The notes beneath the pieces are model-generated. The model was not told where the DNA came from, searched no databases, and saw only the letters and a list, made by a program, of their open reading frames with translations. A stretch of 63,999 nucleotides of DNA, counting the filler, from Kipferlia bialata (lineage: Eukaryota): NCBI GenBank assembly GCA_003568945.1. It is 5 parts of 5 records of this genome, joined end to end, with 100 filler letters (N's around TTAATTAATTAA, not from the genome) between each part and the next. Parts side by side here need not be neighbours in the genome. Positions count along the whole stretch, not along the records: positions 48,311 to 56,608 come from BDIP01000657.1; positions 56,709 to 63,999 come from BDIP01000686.1; 3 more parts are not named here. One strand, given 5' to 3'. The position numbers were made by a program, and so were the translations under genes. Of this stretch, positions 51,299 to 63,999 are shown piece after piece; position 1 is the first letter of the stretch, and every line of letters starts with the position of its first letter.

Positions 51299-53163
51299 CC
51301 TTCTCCTTCCTTTCCATCTGCGTTCGCCTCTCTCTCCATGTCCTCGCCCTATCCATGGATTTCTCTCTATCACTTATTCCCCCCCCCTCTCTCTCTCTCT
51401 ACTATATATATATTCATATATATATATTTATGAATTGTATGTATGATTATATATTATATTACCCCTCTTTGATACCTAGGTCTTTCTCTAACCCACCCCC
51501 CCTCGCTCTATATGTATCTATGTCTCACCCCTAGGTCCTCCTCTCAATATAGCACAGACAGAAGGGCAACCATCTCTCTCTCTCTCTCCCCATCTCTCTC
51601 TCTATCTCACAATCAGGTCCTCCTCTCCATAGAGCACAGACAGAAGGGCAAGCAGCGTGATGAGTTCTCTCTCCACATCCTAGGGGGCAAGAAGGAACCC
51701 GGCGAGACAGTCAGGCAGACAGCAGTGAGGTACCTACCCGCATATAGCTATGTATACATACGCAATGGTGCCACTCTAATAGTATGTTGAGACAGCAGTC
51801 AGGTATAGTTGAGTAGTAACGTTGTATTTGTATTCCTCTCTCTCTCTCACCCCCAGGGAGTTCTGGGAGGAGACCAGTGAACTCCTGCGCCTCAGTGAGT
51901 GTGATGCCATGCTGGCACCAGAGGCTCAGCCAATGTACGCACAATTTGTAAATATATGTATGTGTTTATATAGCGTGTCTCACTCTCTCCGGGTATATAA
52001 TAGTGTATGTATATGAGATATTGTTAGTATACAATAATACATTTGACTGCTGGGACCAGACGCTCGGCTGGTGTACGTATGTATACTCATCTTTCTTGGT
52101 CTGTCTCTGTGTGTGGTATACCCATATACATATATACCTAACTTCCAGATTTGTATTGAGTGGCCAGCATGTTTGTGACCCTCTTGGTTCTCTCTCTCTA
52201 TCTCTCTGTCTCTATATCTAACCCACAGTTACATTGAGAGTGGCAAGTACTCTCTCTTTGTGACCCCTGCCTCTGATAGGGTACAGGCACTGCCGGACAG
52301 GTTCACACCCAACAGAGAGGTATATATACTCTAAAACTCCTTATCTTTCTATAGTATACAGGGCAATATACCGTAGAGAGTAGAATAGTCTTCTTGTGTG
52401 ACAGGCACTGCCGGACAGGTTCACCCCAAACAGAGCGGTATCTTAACTCAGTGAAACCGTGTTCTCTCTCTAGTGAGATAGTATATAGTACAGGGTATAG
52501 TGGTATTGTGTGACATTACTATCAGATAGCTCTCTGTGAGTTCTCTACCCTATACGTCTCACTGTTAGGTGCATAGACTGGTCTGGATCAGTCTGGACTA
52601 GTGTGTCATTACTCTACCATATTGAATACACAAGATTTGTCTTTCTATTCTCCTCTTATCTCTCAGGTCCATAGGCTGGTCTGGATCAGTCTGGACAGCC
52701 TTCTGCATGGAGTGAGGGAAAGGGTGCCCCTTACCCTACCAAGGGGGGTGGTAGTAGCTGGAGAGACAGAGGGAGAGGGAGAGGGAGAGGAGACTGTCCT
52801 CAAGACAAGCAGGTACATGGATCCGCTGTCTGATATGTTATCATTGTATATGTGATGTATACCAGTACCTTGCTCCAACTCTCATGTGACATGGGCACAG
52901 TGTATTGTAAATATAGTCTGTATACTACTCTCTATAGTATATTCTTTATAACACCCAGGTTCCTGGCCACTGTCATGTGGCACAGAAGGGACACAAGTAT
53001 AATAGTGGATCAGTATATATATATATGTGTATATATGTATGTATGCAGTGTATAGACTCTCATATCAAGGTTCCTGGCCACTGTGATGTGGCACAAGGGT
53101 ACTGAGCCCACGGTCAGACAGGTGGCACAGGGGATAGACGAGACACCAGATACTACCGAGTGA
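50749..53163 (+). CDS. Nudix hydrolase
   Basis: Nudix box split by an intron: LHILGGKKEPGETVRQTAVR|EFWEETS (GX5EX7REUXEE); downstream NRE|VHRLVWISLDSL; stop TGA 53161-53163. First exon is tentative. Confidence 0.85.
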
Positions 53164-54025
53164 CCTTTCTTGGTTCAGAGTGCCTACAAGTCTCAATTTA
53201 CAGAGGGATAGTGAGTAGGTGAACTGCACCTGTTCTGTAGATCATGGTCACACATGTCGCAAGAGGCTGAGAGGGGGAGATTGGTAGGGTATGCACCGGT
53301 TGAGTGGTGAAACCCTGCCCAAGTAGGGATTCTAGGAGTGAGCGCCATACTGTATTTAATGGTCAGGGGCACTCTAGAAGGGCAAGCTCTAGTGTCTACA
53401 CACGAAAGCGCCATGGAGCAGAGTGGTTGATTGCGTCTTTTGATCCCTTCAGTTCTTGCACTGCCCTCCTTCCCTTATAATCGAGTGGCGTATGCCCAAT
53501 TTGGGATCAATGTAGATACTTGTGCTATGGGCTTATATTCACTGGAGTCTTTGCATACTCAATATTACAGCACTGCCGTCCAGGTTGAGTTAGCCGCAGT
53601 ACACGATATATATGGACCAGGATGCTTTGTCAGCATATATATCAATTTTCATGGTAATAGACTGGCTCGAACCTTAGGGTCACTGCTCTCTCCTCCTAGG
53701 TTCTGTGTGTGATATTGTTATTATTCTTCGAGACCACATGTCAGATTCTTGTGAGGACAACTAATTAGGATGACAGTAGTACTGGGACCTATTATAAACC
53801 CTTTCCCACCTTGTCAAAAAGTCATTTTTGAGTCAAATACTCGATAAGGGTTCAGCAGAAGTCCTCTGCCGCACTGTCTTCGGTGGAAGGAGACTGAGTG
53901 CCCACGTTGTGTCTGTGAGACCAACCAGTGCCTCCCCAGTTACAGAGAGACCCCTAGGCCCTTGGCGGCACCTCTTGTTCCAGACCAGGCCAGGGTGCGA
54001 GAGAGAGAGAGAGAGAGAGAGAGCG

Positions 54026-54522
54026 ATGAGCGATGATGAGTGCAGCAGCTACTCCTCCTCCTCCTCCTCGGCCTCCTTCGACCTCGAGGCAGCCTGCAAC
54101 AACGACTCGCCCATCACACACGCCCCTGCGAAGCCTGCCTTTGTGGAGAAGAAGCGGCCACGACAGGGGACTGGGTTGAGTGTGCCTGTGGTCAAGAAGC
54201 CAGATCCCTGGAAGAAGGTGGCTGCCCAGTCGCCTGTGCGCAAGGCACACCCCATTCCCAGGATTGTGGTGCCTGTTGTGGCCAAGAAGCCGAAGAAGGA
54301 GAGCACTGGCCGGCTGGAGAACCCCCTGCAGGACCCCTTTGCCACCAGCCATCGCATCTGTGACGACAGTGACTGCCACACAGAGAGCCAGTTCGAGACA
54401 GAGTCATCGGAGAGTGCGTCAGATGTAGGGTTCACATTCCAGGTATGCGTGGTTGGAGTATAGTGTGTGTGTATGTTTGTGGACAGCACTCGTAGTACTA
54501 CCCTCACCTCTCTCATACCTAT

Positions 54523-54555
<33 letters not shown>

Positions 54556-55846
54556 GTATGTGTGTGTGTGGGTGTCTATGTGTGTGTGGGTGTATCTATT
54601 GGGTACCCCTCCTAGGTTGGCGTTGTGGATTTATGCGGCTCAACTTCTTACGTCTGACAGTATATATACAGTATACCCCATCTGACGTCTTACAGTATAT
54701 TCCCCCATGTCTGATACCTGTAGATACCTTGTCAGAGAGTAATACTCTTGAATCTTGTATCTGGTATATATGTCAGTGGGTGATATCGGATCAGTCCGGC
54801 CATGGCGATGGACACAGCCTTCTGATAAGCTAGACCTATATACATATTTATAGACACACATATATATACCTGCCCAATATCCAGGTCAGTAAGTCTATGG
54901 CTGCCATCAAGGAGAAGTATATCTATACTACTACCCCCCCTCTATCTATTTCCCCCTCTATGTATGACTATATCTAACCTCTAGGCCAGCGAGTCCCTGG
55001 CTGCCATCAACGATATGTATATAGCTCTCTCTCTCTATATATATAAATACATATCATGTGTCTCTCTCTATATCTGTTCTAACCCCCAGGCCAGCGAGTC
55101 CCTGGCTGCCATCAAGGAGAAGAATACTTCTATGTATTAGTATATACATATCCATACATATATATATACAGCTTCCTCACTCATATCCAGGCCAGCGAGT
55201 CCCTGGCTGCCATCAAGGAGAAGGAGAAGCATGCCGCTCTGATGGGCATCTCTCTCAATGTGGAGAAGAGCAGTGAGGTATGAGTAGTGTATATACCATG
55301 TACTACTATATACATATATGTGTCTATACCATATGCCGCCCTGATGGGTATCTCTCTCAATGTGGAGAAGAGCAGTGAGGTGTATATATGCTATATACTA
55401 TATATAGTATATATATGCCCGTCTGTCTAACCCCAGGTCTCTGACAGTGAGGAGCCTGTGTTTGCCATACTCTCTCTATATATATATACAATACATATTG
55501 AGGAGATAGTATTTGTAATTGTATATACCTCTTACCCCAGGTGTCTGACAGTGAGGAGCCTGTCTTCGCTATGCCCTCCTATAAGGACGGGGACAAGTAC
55601 ACACTGCCGGAGGACAGTGATATAGCACAGGTACTACTCATATATCTGTCTAAAATATAGATATACATGTATATAGATATTGCACAGGTCACTTTGTAGA
55701 ATTAATGTATATGTTTAGATATATGTTCTATCTATTGTGTGTTGTACTATATACCTATCTAACCCTAGGAGCAGACCGAGACCATGAGTGGGTTGGACTA
55801 CTCCTCGGGTGACACGCCCAGAGTGTTCTCGGGGTTCAGGCTCTAG
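54026..55846 (+). CDS. Hypothetical Ser/Glu/Lys-rich, probably disordered protein (4 exons)
   Basis: MSDDECSSYSS...VGFTFQ|ASESLAAIKEKEKH...EKSSE|VSDSEEPVFAMPS...DIAQ|EQTETMSGLDY...FSGFRL*; GT-AG junctions in frame. Confidence 0.7.
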
Positions 55847-56436
55847 AGAGAGAGAAAGAGAGAGAGACGGAGAGTACAGTATTCTGTCTCAGGAAGTAGT
55901 GGGTTGATATCACAGTGTATCAGTTTATGCCCTGGAGTGTAAGTTATTATGAGGTGTGAGGGTTGGAAGGTGGACAGTCTCTCGTGTTAGTGTAGGTTTA
56001 GGTTTTCCATTGGATCATGTTTGAGTGTACAGCCCTCTATAGCGGGAAGGGGTGGCTCTGAAGTGCATAAATGTGGTCTGTTCAGCAATAGCACTGTAGC
56101 AGTGGTACGTGTATCCAAACGGCACCCATCAGTATACGGCAGTAGTTGGTATTATTCAGTGCCCAATCTGTGTGCTTGTAGGCGTGTACTATCCTATATC
56201 AATGTACTGTAACAGCAGCACTTGGCCTAGCCGAATCCTTCTAACGAACATTCTAAACTAAACTATTTAATACAACCTTTGGCCAGGGTGTGCCCTGACA
56301 CGCATACACTGCACAGAGGGTATGCTCTCTCTCTCTCTCTCTCTCCAATCCACCATCCTCACACCCCCACACATACTACAAGCTACTGCTGGCAATCCAC
56401 CAGTATCTCTATCTGGGATCTATCACTCGAGATGGT

Positions 56437-56531
56437 TTAGATGATCTGGTGGTCTGACCTGGCCCTAGTCTTGTACAGGGTGTAGAGCTCTCTGGTCCTC
56501 TCAATCTCAGCACCCACGGTGGCCTTGACGG
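56437..56531 (-). CDS. Terminal exon of an unidentified gene (truncated by scaffold edge)
   Basis: Acceptor ctcaccccag followed by VKATVGAEIERTRELYTLYKTRARSDHQII*. Confidence 0.5.
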
Positions 56532-56573
56532 CTGGGGTGAGAGATGCATAGAGGGATAGGAATGGGGGGGGGG

Positions 56574-56604
<31 letters not shown>

Positions 56605-56608
56605 TCAT

Positions 56609-56708
56609 NNNNNNNNNNNNNNNNNNNNNNNNNNNNNNNNNNNNNNNNNNNNTTAATTAATTAANNNNNNNNNNNNNNNNNNNNNNNNNNNNNNNNNNNN
56701 NNNNNNNN
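56609..56708. other. Artificial scaffold linker
   Basis: N44-TTAATTAATTAA(56653-56664)-N44. Confidence 0.97.
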
Positions 56709-56876
56709 CAATATATCTTGCGCCCCCCCCCAAAACCCCCCCCCCCCCCCCCCCTTCCTCATATATCACATCCGTAGACGTGCTGCCCAAGGCCATCAAT
56801 AATCATTAAAGATACATTATCTCAATAATGAATAGTCGTCTCTATAAGTCTACTACCACATGTATCCGAAATCCGT

Positions 56877-56964
56877 ACCTGTCGGCTGTGCTGTTCCGGC
56901 CAGGGTCAGCGACACCACAACCTCTGTAGAGTCACAGGAGACAGAGGCAGACTGGGGTGGGGGG

Positions 56965-57002
<38 letters not shown>

Positions 57003-58246
57003 CCCATACCTCATCCAGCCAGGTGGCACTATAAGGGCAGTCGGGGAATGCCATTACATTCCCATACTCATCTGTGGTGGATACAGTAAAGGAGAGAGAG
57101 GCGCCTGGTGGTGAGGGTAGGTTGAGAGGTGCAAAGTGGGTTTTTCTATACACATCCACTATCCCATTCACATATCCCTCCCTCTCTCCGTGTAATAACA
57201 CACATCCCCCCCACCTGCCGTGTACACTAGCTGTGTGGTTGGGCTGACTGTCACAGTGTCTGCCAAGGGGTCGGGGTCCCCAGCCACAACCGAGGCATCG
57301 GAGACAGACCACAGCTCGGTCATGGCAGCTGAGGGTGAGGGAGGTTAGGGTTGATAAGGAGTATAGAGAGAGGGGGGGGATGATGAGAGAAGAATATGGG
57401 GTGGATATATATCAATGGGTGACAGTAGCTGCAGGTACCCCGTAAACTTACCATTGGCTGGGACGTAGAATAGTCGCAAGGAACCAGATCCAGCCTGAAT
57501 GTGAGGATAGGTCTAATGTAAAGTGTAGTATATAGTCGATGTGAGTAAATGTATCATGAAGGGGAGACACGCCGGAGGGTACTCCCTGTCCTGACTCACT
57601 AACAATGCCACAGACAAAAAGAGAGATTATATGAGTGCCAGTATCATTGTGAATGGCATGTATATATATGATATATATACTACATATATTATATGCATTA
57701 ACATCCAAGTACCTGTGTCATTGTGAATGAGGGGGAGTAGTTCGTGGAACAGAAGCCACTCAGGGACTGGCCTGAGGGTGGGGGAGGGATAGGGGAAGAC
57801 AGTGACAACACTTCAACTCTAAACATAAACTGCTAATTACATACAGTGACTAAACCCTGGAGAGAGGAGACATTTGGGACAGTACCTCAGGGCAATATAC
57901 ATACATATTCAGCAAGAGTATACTACAGTCATCCACCACTCCACTCTACTAACCTATCCACTCCAGAACATAGGAGCATGCTGATATGGAACCTGCCCCA
58001 CCATAGGAGTCCTTGGGTAAGACAATGGACATACAGTGGCCAGGGAGACAGGGGATAGACCTTCCAAACAATGCAGCACCGGAGAATACACCTCTGTCAG
58101 AGGCTGACGCTGTACCTGGGTGTCTGAGAGAGTATCAGTATCAGTATCAGTATCAGTACCTGTGTGTCTGAGAGTGTGAATGTGACGGTGGTGCCTGCAG
58201 TGACCGAATCAGTCTCAGGCCATGTGTCCGAGAGAGTGTAGTCCTG

Positions 58247-58283
<37 letters not shown>

Positions 58284-58533
58284 GACATATGTCCCAGAGT
58301 TCACATGACCGTGGCTAGACATGGATAACATAGTAGTCCCTGGAAGACTAACCCAGGTACCTGGTCACATAGAATTGTATCAATGTGTATATATATAGAC
58401 TGGTATATATGCACTGGCACCATACCATGGCAGGGTCAAAGTCACCCCCCCTCACAATGCACAGCAGCGACAGCAGACACAGCCATTGACAGAGGACACC
58501 CCAGGGCACCCGTCCTGACTCATGGCAGGGCAT
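56877..58533 (-). CDS. Secreted/surface protein with Ig-like (filamin/invasin-type) repeats (3'-truncated)
   Basis: Hydrophobic N-terminus (WGVLCQWLCLLSLLCIVRG), then exons DSVTAGTTVTFTLSD, VVAGDPDPLADTVTV and GASLSFTVSTTDEYGNV (AG...FTV...D.YGN pattern). Confidence 0.55.
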
Positions 58534-59127
58534 GGGGGGTGTCCGTGTAGGGCTGGTGGTTATCCACAAACAACCACCAGTCAAGGCGGAAACAGGGGAA
58601 GGACAGACAGAGACCCAGAGGACTAGCTACACACGGTGTGGCAAGGGAGATAGGCAGTCTGAGTGGAAGGGTAATGGTAGAATGGGTAGAGAGTCACAGT
58701 GGTTTTTGTCACGTTCCCACACCCTTATGTTGGAGCCACACTCATAATACAGTCTAATGGACCATGACAGTGCGACAAGTCATCTATAAACATTTACACA
58801 ACACATATACAACCACTACCGAACAAATGAGTCCTATCATTTATAGGCTAATTGATTTTCTTTAAGTTTTAAGTTTGTAATACATCATTCACACACTGGG
58901 CTCCCTCTATCCTCTAATGAATAGAGATAGAGGGGCGGACACGGACACACTAACGGACACATACAGTACAATCGACACCAGGCACAAGGGCGAGAAGGAA
59001 ACACCTCTCAGACACTGCCCTACACTAATTAAGGGTGCAGGGTCAGGGCGACAAACACAGGCTTGGGTAGGGGACGGTAAGATAGCTACCACCCCAGGAG
59101 CATAAGACACACACTCGGAGAGCGGGG

Positions 59128-59594
59128 CTAGAAGTCGAACCCCTGCCCCCTCTTGTTGACCTTGATGGAGGAGTGGAGGCTGGTCCTGCGGCCAGAGGCG
59201 GAGGGCCTGAACTGGGAGGGCCTCCCTGCCACCGACCCCCTGTGCCCTGTCCCGCTATTGGCCCTGAGGGAGGCCGGGGACCCACCCACACTGGACAGGT
59301 AGGACTGGAAGGAGGAGGGGACGGTGGTGTCGGTGGCCAGGAGGCGGGCGCTCTCTCTCTCCCTCTCCTGGGCCATGAACATGTCACGCACCCTGTCCCT
59401 CTCTCTCTCTCTCTCCACCTCCCTCGCGTCCCTGCCCGGCTTCACGGCTGATGCCTTGGGAAGGGGGGTCGGGGAGGAGCTGTGCCTGTGCCTCTGGGAG
59501 TGGGAGGAGAGGCCGAGGGTGTGCTTCTTGGTCAGCTGGGCAGACAGCATAGAGGGGGACCGGAGGGCATCGCCTGGGGTGGGACAGGGGGGGG

Positions 59595-59634
<40 letters not shown>

Positions 59635-61173
59635 ATTACCACACCCACACCCACAGTATGCAACCCACCTCCTGTCTGTGTGAGGTGTGTGGATGCCACG
59701 GCCAGGGCCTGGGGTGTCACGGGTGCCTTGGGCTGGTGGGTGTGGGAGGAGGTGTCGGAGTCAGAGGTGTCCCTCTCACCCCCCAGCTCCCTCTCAACCA
59801 CATCCCCAACAGATACACTCGAGTGCATAGGGTGCAGGGAGGGCATGGGGTTCTCTCTGGACTTGGAGGTGCGGAAGGTGGTGTTGATGCCCCTCCCTCC
59901 CATGGACAGAGACCCAGAGGTAGACATGGAGGAGACGCGGGGGGCGGGGCGGGAGGCAGCGCCCATGGAGGACATCTGGTGGGCACTGACAAGCCTCTCT
60001 CTGCTGCGCTCACGCACTGGGGGTCAGGGCGTGGGAGAGAGAGATGTATATGCAGCTGATAGTCCTCGTACATACAAATCAATAGTATATAGGCATTGAT
60101 ACCTGGTCCGAAGCCAGGGGGAGGTGGGGTGGTCTGGGAGTCACGGGTGCGACCCCACACGGCTGGGGTGGGGCTCTCCCTCCCCCTCTCCATCTCCATC
60201 TCCATCTCCAGCTCTCTCTCCACGTCCATGTCATCCAGCTGGTGCTTGTGCCTGGTGTTCCTGGCCAGGTTGGCGGCAATACCTGGGGTGAGGGAGGGAG
60301 AGAGGTCGGGGGTGGTATCGAGGGAATGAAGTCAGATATAGATATGCCCTAGCAGTTAGGGAACACACGAGAAGAATACACACACATCCATACCTGCGGC
60401 AGAGAGTGACGTGGATGTCACGCTCCTGGGGCCAGAGAGGGGCTGGTTGTAGCCTAGGGGGGACGGGGAAGGGGTGAAGATGTTGCCTGGGGGTGAGGGT
60501 CAATCGACACAATACTATGAGCCACACACATGGTGCTGATACACATGATCACAACACATACCCCTACGCTGCAGTATAGAGCCTCTCACGCCCACTAGCC
60601 CCACCTGGTACACTTGATGGCTAAATATAATCAAACACACACATACACTACATATCACACAAACAACTGTGTACCTGTCCTCCAGCCAGCAGGGAATCCT
60701 GCGCTGCCCAAGGACTGTGACTGGGGCGACGGGGCCCTCAGGGAGTGCACGCTCATGCTGCCGGACCCGTCCCTGTCGAGGTCTGCGGTCTCAAAAGTGG
60801 CAGGGGAGAAGAGAGACGGCTCCTCGGGGTTGTCAGTCTGGGAGGAGGGGGGGGACTGGGACCTCTGACTGGCCTCAGCTGCGATCTTAGCGGCTATCAG
60901 CTCCCGCTCCTTGGCCCTCAGGTTCACAACCTGGCGGCGCATGACCTTCTGGAGCTCCTTCAGACCCTGAACCTTAGAGCTGACACCCCGGAGGCGAAGA
61001 ATCGCCTGCCGACGCTCGTTCTCAAGGTTCCTGATCCATCTGGAGGGTAAGATATGAGTCAGCAGAGAGAAATAGATTGGCTAAAGGCACACGTACACTT
61101 GTGTGGCCTCGGGAAGCTTCGCGATGGCTACAGAGCAATCATCCTGGCTGGACGAAGTGGCAGAAGACGTCAT
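59128..61173 (-). CDS. Hypothetical protein with an N-terminal coiled coil and Ser/Pro/Arg-rich low-complexity regions
   Basis: MTSSATSS...ATQV|WIRNLENERRQAILRLRGVSSKVQGLKELQKVMRRQVVNLRAKERELIAAKIAAE..., then several GC-rich exons ending ...KRGQGFDF*. Confidence 0.6.
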
Positions 61174-61880
61174 TTGGTGAATAATAGGTAGGTGAGGTCA
61201 GTGGGACAACGGAGCCAGGGTGGAGGACACTAACAGATGTCAATGGCGTCAGAGAGAGGCCTGATTGGCATGGTTTTGTCAAGCTGTTCGTCTCATGCAT
61301 TTTTGCACCCTTTCTGCATTTCACGTATGGTATTGTGTCGCCTGTATACGATTCAGATTTCTGGTCTACAGTAGCTTATCCTCTTCTCCTACTTAGTTCT
61401 GACAAAGGTACCTTCACTAGAGGGGGACATTGTCCCTTTTGATTGTATGGGGTCGCAGACCAAGAGTCAAAAATATGGAATGGCGTTTCCATCGGTGTGA
61501 TTGCGCCGAGATATTTGATTACACATATTTCGGGTTTCAGGCAACGACAAGTATATGTTGAGAGAAAGTGACGAAACCACAAGTGACCAAAACATGATGT
61601 CTTAGACATATAATGAGCGTTGAATGTGTGCATAAACTCCCACCTTGTTGTCTAGAGTGGATCAGACAGTGCATATAGTCTACACTACTATCACTCTACT
61701 ATATTCAGTCATATCGAAGGTGATATTGCCCTGTGACAGGGAATCCGTACGCTGTATCTAATAGGCACATGCTAGTACACTGTATTGATCCCATGATGAG
61801 CTATTGGATCCCCATCAAGAGTACACCTCAGTATGCACATCAGCTGCTTCACCCTTCACGCACCCTATGTTCAACCCTGT

Positions 61881-63943
61881 CTATTCCACCATTCTCATCG
61901 CTGCTAGGGCACCGGTCCCTGAGAGTGAGAGGTAGGAGGGTTACATAACACCAGGCTAGATGAGCACTGTCATCAAGACAGTAATCGTGTAAGAAACAGG
62001 CACTCTCACCGTGTTCATCTGAAACACACTGAACTGGTACATGGGGATACATATACACATATACACACATACCTAGGGATATGCCGGCCTCTCTGACGTC
62101 GAGTGGCTTCACCCTGCAGAGCAGACCCCTGTGGTGGGGGCCACTCAACAGAGTGCGGTCACCCCCTGGGCCTGAGGGGTGGGAGGCGAGGAAGCCTGTG
62201 TACACGCCAATCTCTGCGGTGCACTGTGCGTGGAAGGGTGAGGGGCGGGGTCCATCTGGGGACTGTCTCTTGTCATGCACAGGTAGTAGGACAAGGGGGA
62301 CACGCTTGCTCTGGATCACCTGGTGTCAGAAGATAAGATAGGTATGATACTATACTACAAATCACACCCACACTCTGGATGACGTTGGGTGGGGTGGATG
62401 CATTGATAGTAAGAGACAACACACACCCACCTTCATAAGTACAAAGACCTGCTTGGACAGGGCCCCGGCATCCTCACAGAGCAGCTCGATCCTGGCCCTC
62501 TCTCCATCCTACAGGTGAGACACTGCAATCTACCCTCTGTACTATTATACTGAGTGACGGTGCTGTGATGATTTACAGCCAATTGGAAAAGAGATAACCG
62601 TATGTAAGGAACCAACATCTGATACCGAGGCACCAGATGTCGATATCGATCCGCCACCCATGTTGCACCCACCTCCTCCAGGATGTCTGCGTGCCCCATC
62701 TGTCTCCACACCTCGGGGTACAGGGCTGCCAATACATCGACAACCTCCTAGAGGGGTTAGAGACACTATGCTGCATATACACAGAAGGGGAAGACCATAT
62801 ATATCAGAGAGGTATAGTTACTTCACCCACATATCTATCCACACCCACCTGCCCCCAGAGCAGATGTCCGCCACCCTCCCTGCTGACAGGCTTGAGGACA
62901 TACTCGATAGGGACCCTGTCCCCAGTCTCCACAGTCTCCCCCCTCTCCCTGCGAGTTATGATGTCCATGTCCCTCAGGGCAGGACCCACCACATCGGCTG
63001 ATGTCTCCTTCAGCCAGTGCTGGGGGGCAAAGGTGCCTGTGTCAGTGTCAGATACATAATATATATGGGATATATATACTGGTACTGGGGGGCACATGGG
63101 CTGGGAGAGAGAGGGAAGGAAGATGGAGAGGGAGACAAAGGTGTGAGAGGCCGTACCTGCCATGGCCCTGAGAGGCTCGAGGGCCTTGGCGGGGAAGAAG
63201 TCTCTGTCAGCGAGAGAAGGGTCGAGGGAACATGCAAACAGACGCTGGGGATGAGAACCCTGAATAGAGGACACACTGACACGTATATATATATAATGCA
63301 CTCATGACACATAGAATTAAAATATCCTTACCTGAGGTACAATCTTGCTGGATATACACATACGCACATACTACATGAGCCATATTGTTTATACATGTCT
63401 ACATGTATAACCCACCTGCTGCACCCTCTTGCTGGACATATGTACATGAATATGTTAGTATATCATGAGTGTATCTATACCCCAATACCCGCTGCACCCT
63501 CTTGCTGTCGAGTAGCATACATACACACATATCACTTCACACTTCATGAGTATATAGTTATGATTATATATATATATGGACCACTCACCTGCTGCACCCT
63601 CTTGCTGAGCATATCTATTATATCTATATAGTATATAAGAATACACCAATACCTGCTGCACCCTCTTGCTGTTGAGCAGGAGCATGCCAGGGCTGGGCAC
63701 CAGGATGCAGCTGGACTGGGCAGCCTGGGGTAAGCCAAGGGGACAGAAAGGTGAGGGGGAGAGAGAGTATCAGTCAGAGTGGCACGGATACAGCATGTAC
63801 AGAGTATCAGTCTACCCCTCCACAAACATCACCACATAATAATCATAGGTGTATATGTATATATATATAGCCACACCACACGCACCAGAGCGTATCCCTC
63901 CCAGATGGCTGGGTCTGAGTAGTGGTCAGGGTGGTATCCAGAC
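61881..63943 (-). CDS. Eukaryotic-type glutathione synthetase-like ATP-grasp protein, C-terminal half (5' part outside window)
   Basis: Spliced: RSGYHPDHY...W...|AAQSSCILVPSPGMLLLNSKRVQQ (cf. RAGY.P..Y / S.AIKCP...LAGTKKVQQ); YVLKPVSREGGGHLLWG (cf. VLKPQREGGGNN); AEIGVY (cf. SELG); GLLCRVK...EAGISLG|TGALAAMRMVE* (cf. G.LLRTK...EGGVAAG). Confidence 0.78.
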
Positions 63944-63999
63944 CTGGGGGTGGGGAGGGGGGGGGGGGAAGAAACTGGTTCAGGATAGCCATCTGAGAC

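Noticed and set aside
1..63999. tRNA, rRNA, transposase or reverse-transcriptase genes; alternative genetic code
   Set aside because: None recognised by eye. TAA, TAG and TGA all terminate reconstructed genes at plausible positions.

Overview
This is eukaryotic, extremely intron-rich protist DNA, not prokaryotic. The window is five assembly scaffolds joined by artificial N44-TTAATTAATTAA-N44 linkers (16025, 32141, 48211, 56609). (TA)n/(TC)n-filled introns, (GA)n-encoded ER runs and a branch point fused to the acceptor (CTVAC/CTTAC-N3-6-AG) suggest a free-living metamonad such as Kipferlia (inference). Most of the supplied ORF track is microsatellite noise. Manual splicing gives about 15 genes: an ASH/PapD-like protein, a signal-peptide protein resembling marine-phage virion proteins, a divergent kinesin with coiled coil and C-terminal MORN repeats, an RCC1-like membrane protein, a class I cyclic-nucleotide PDE, TFIIH p34/Tfb4, an Rnl2-family RNA ligase, DUF445, a Kelch protein, a Nudix hydrolase, an Ig/filamin-like surface protein, a glutathione synthetase-like protein and hypotheticals. 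The most striking signal is a pervasive, polarised 'exon-edge echo' architecture. Introns upstream of an exon hold stacked copies of [branch point + AG + exon 5' part]; introns downstream hold stacked copies of [exon 3' part + GT]. Start- and stop-codon regions show the same pattern. Echoes differ from the live exon mostly at synonymous positions, so they look like displaced, formerly functional exon ends rather than neutral duplicates. Exon boundaries were read by eye and need RNA-seq confirmation.
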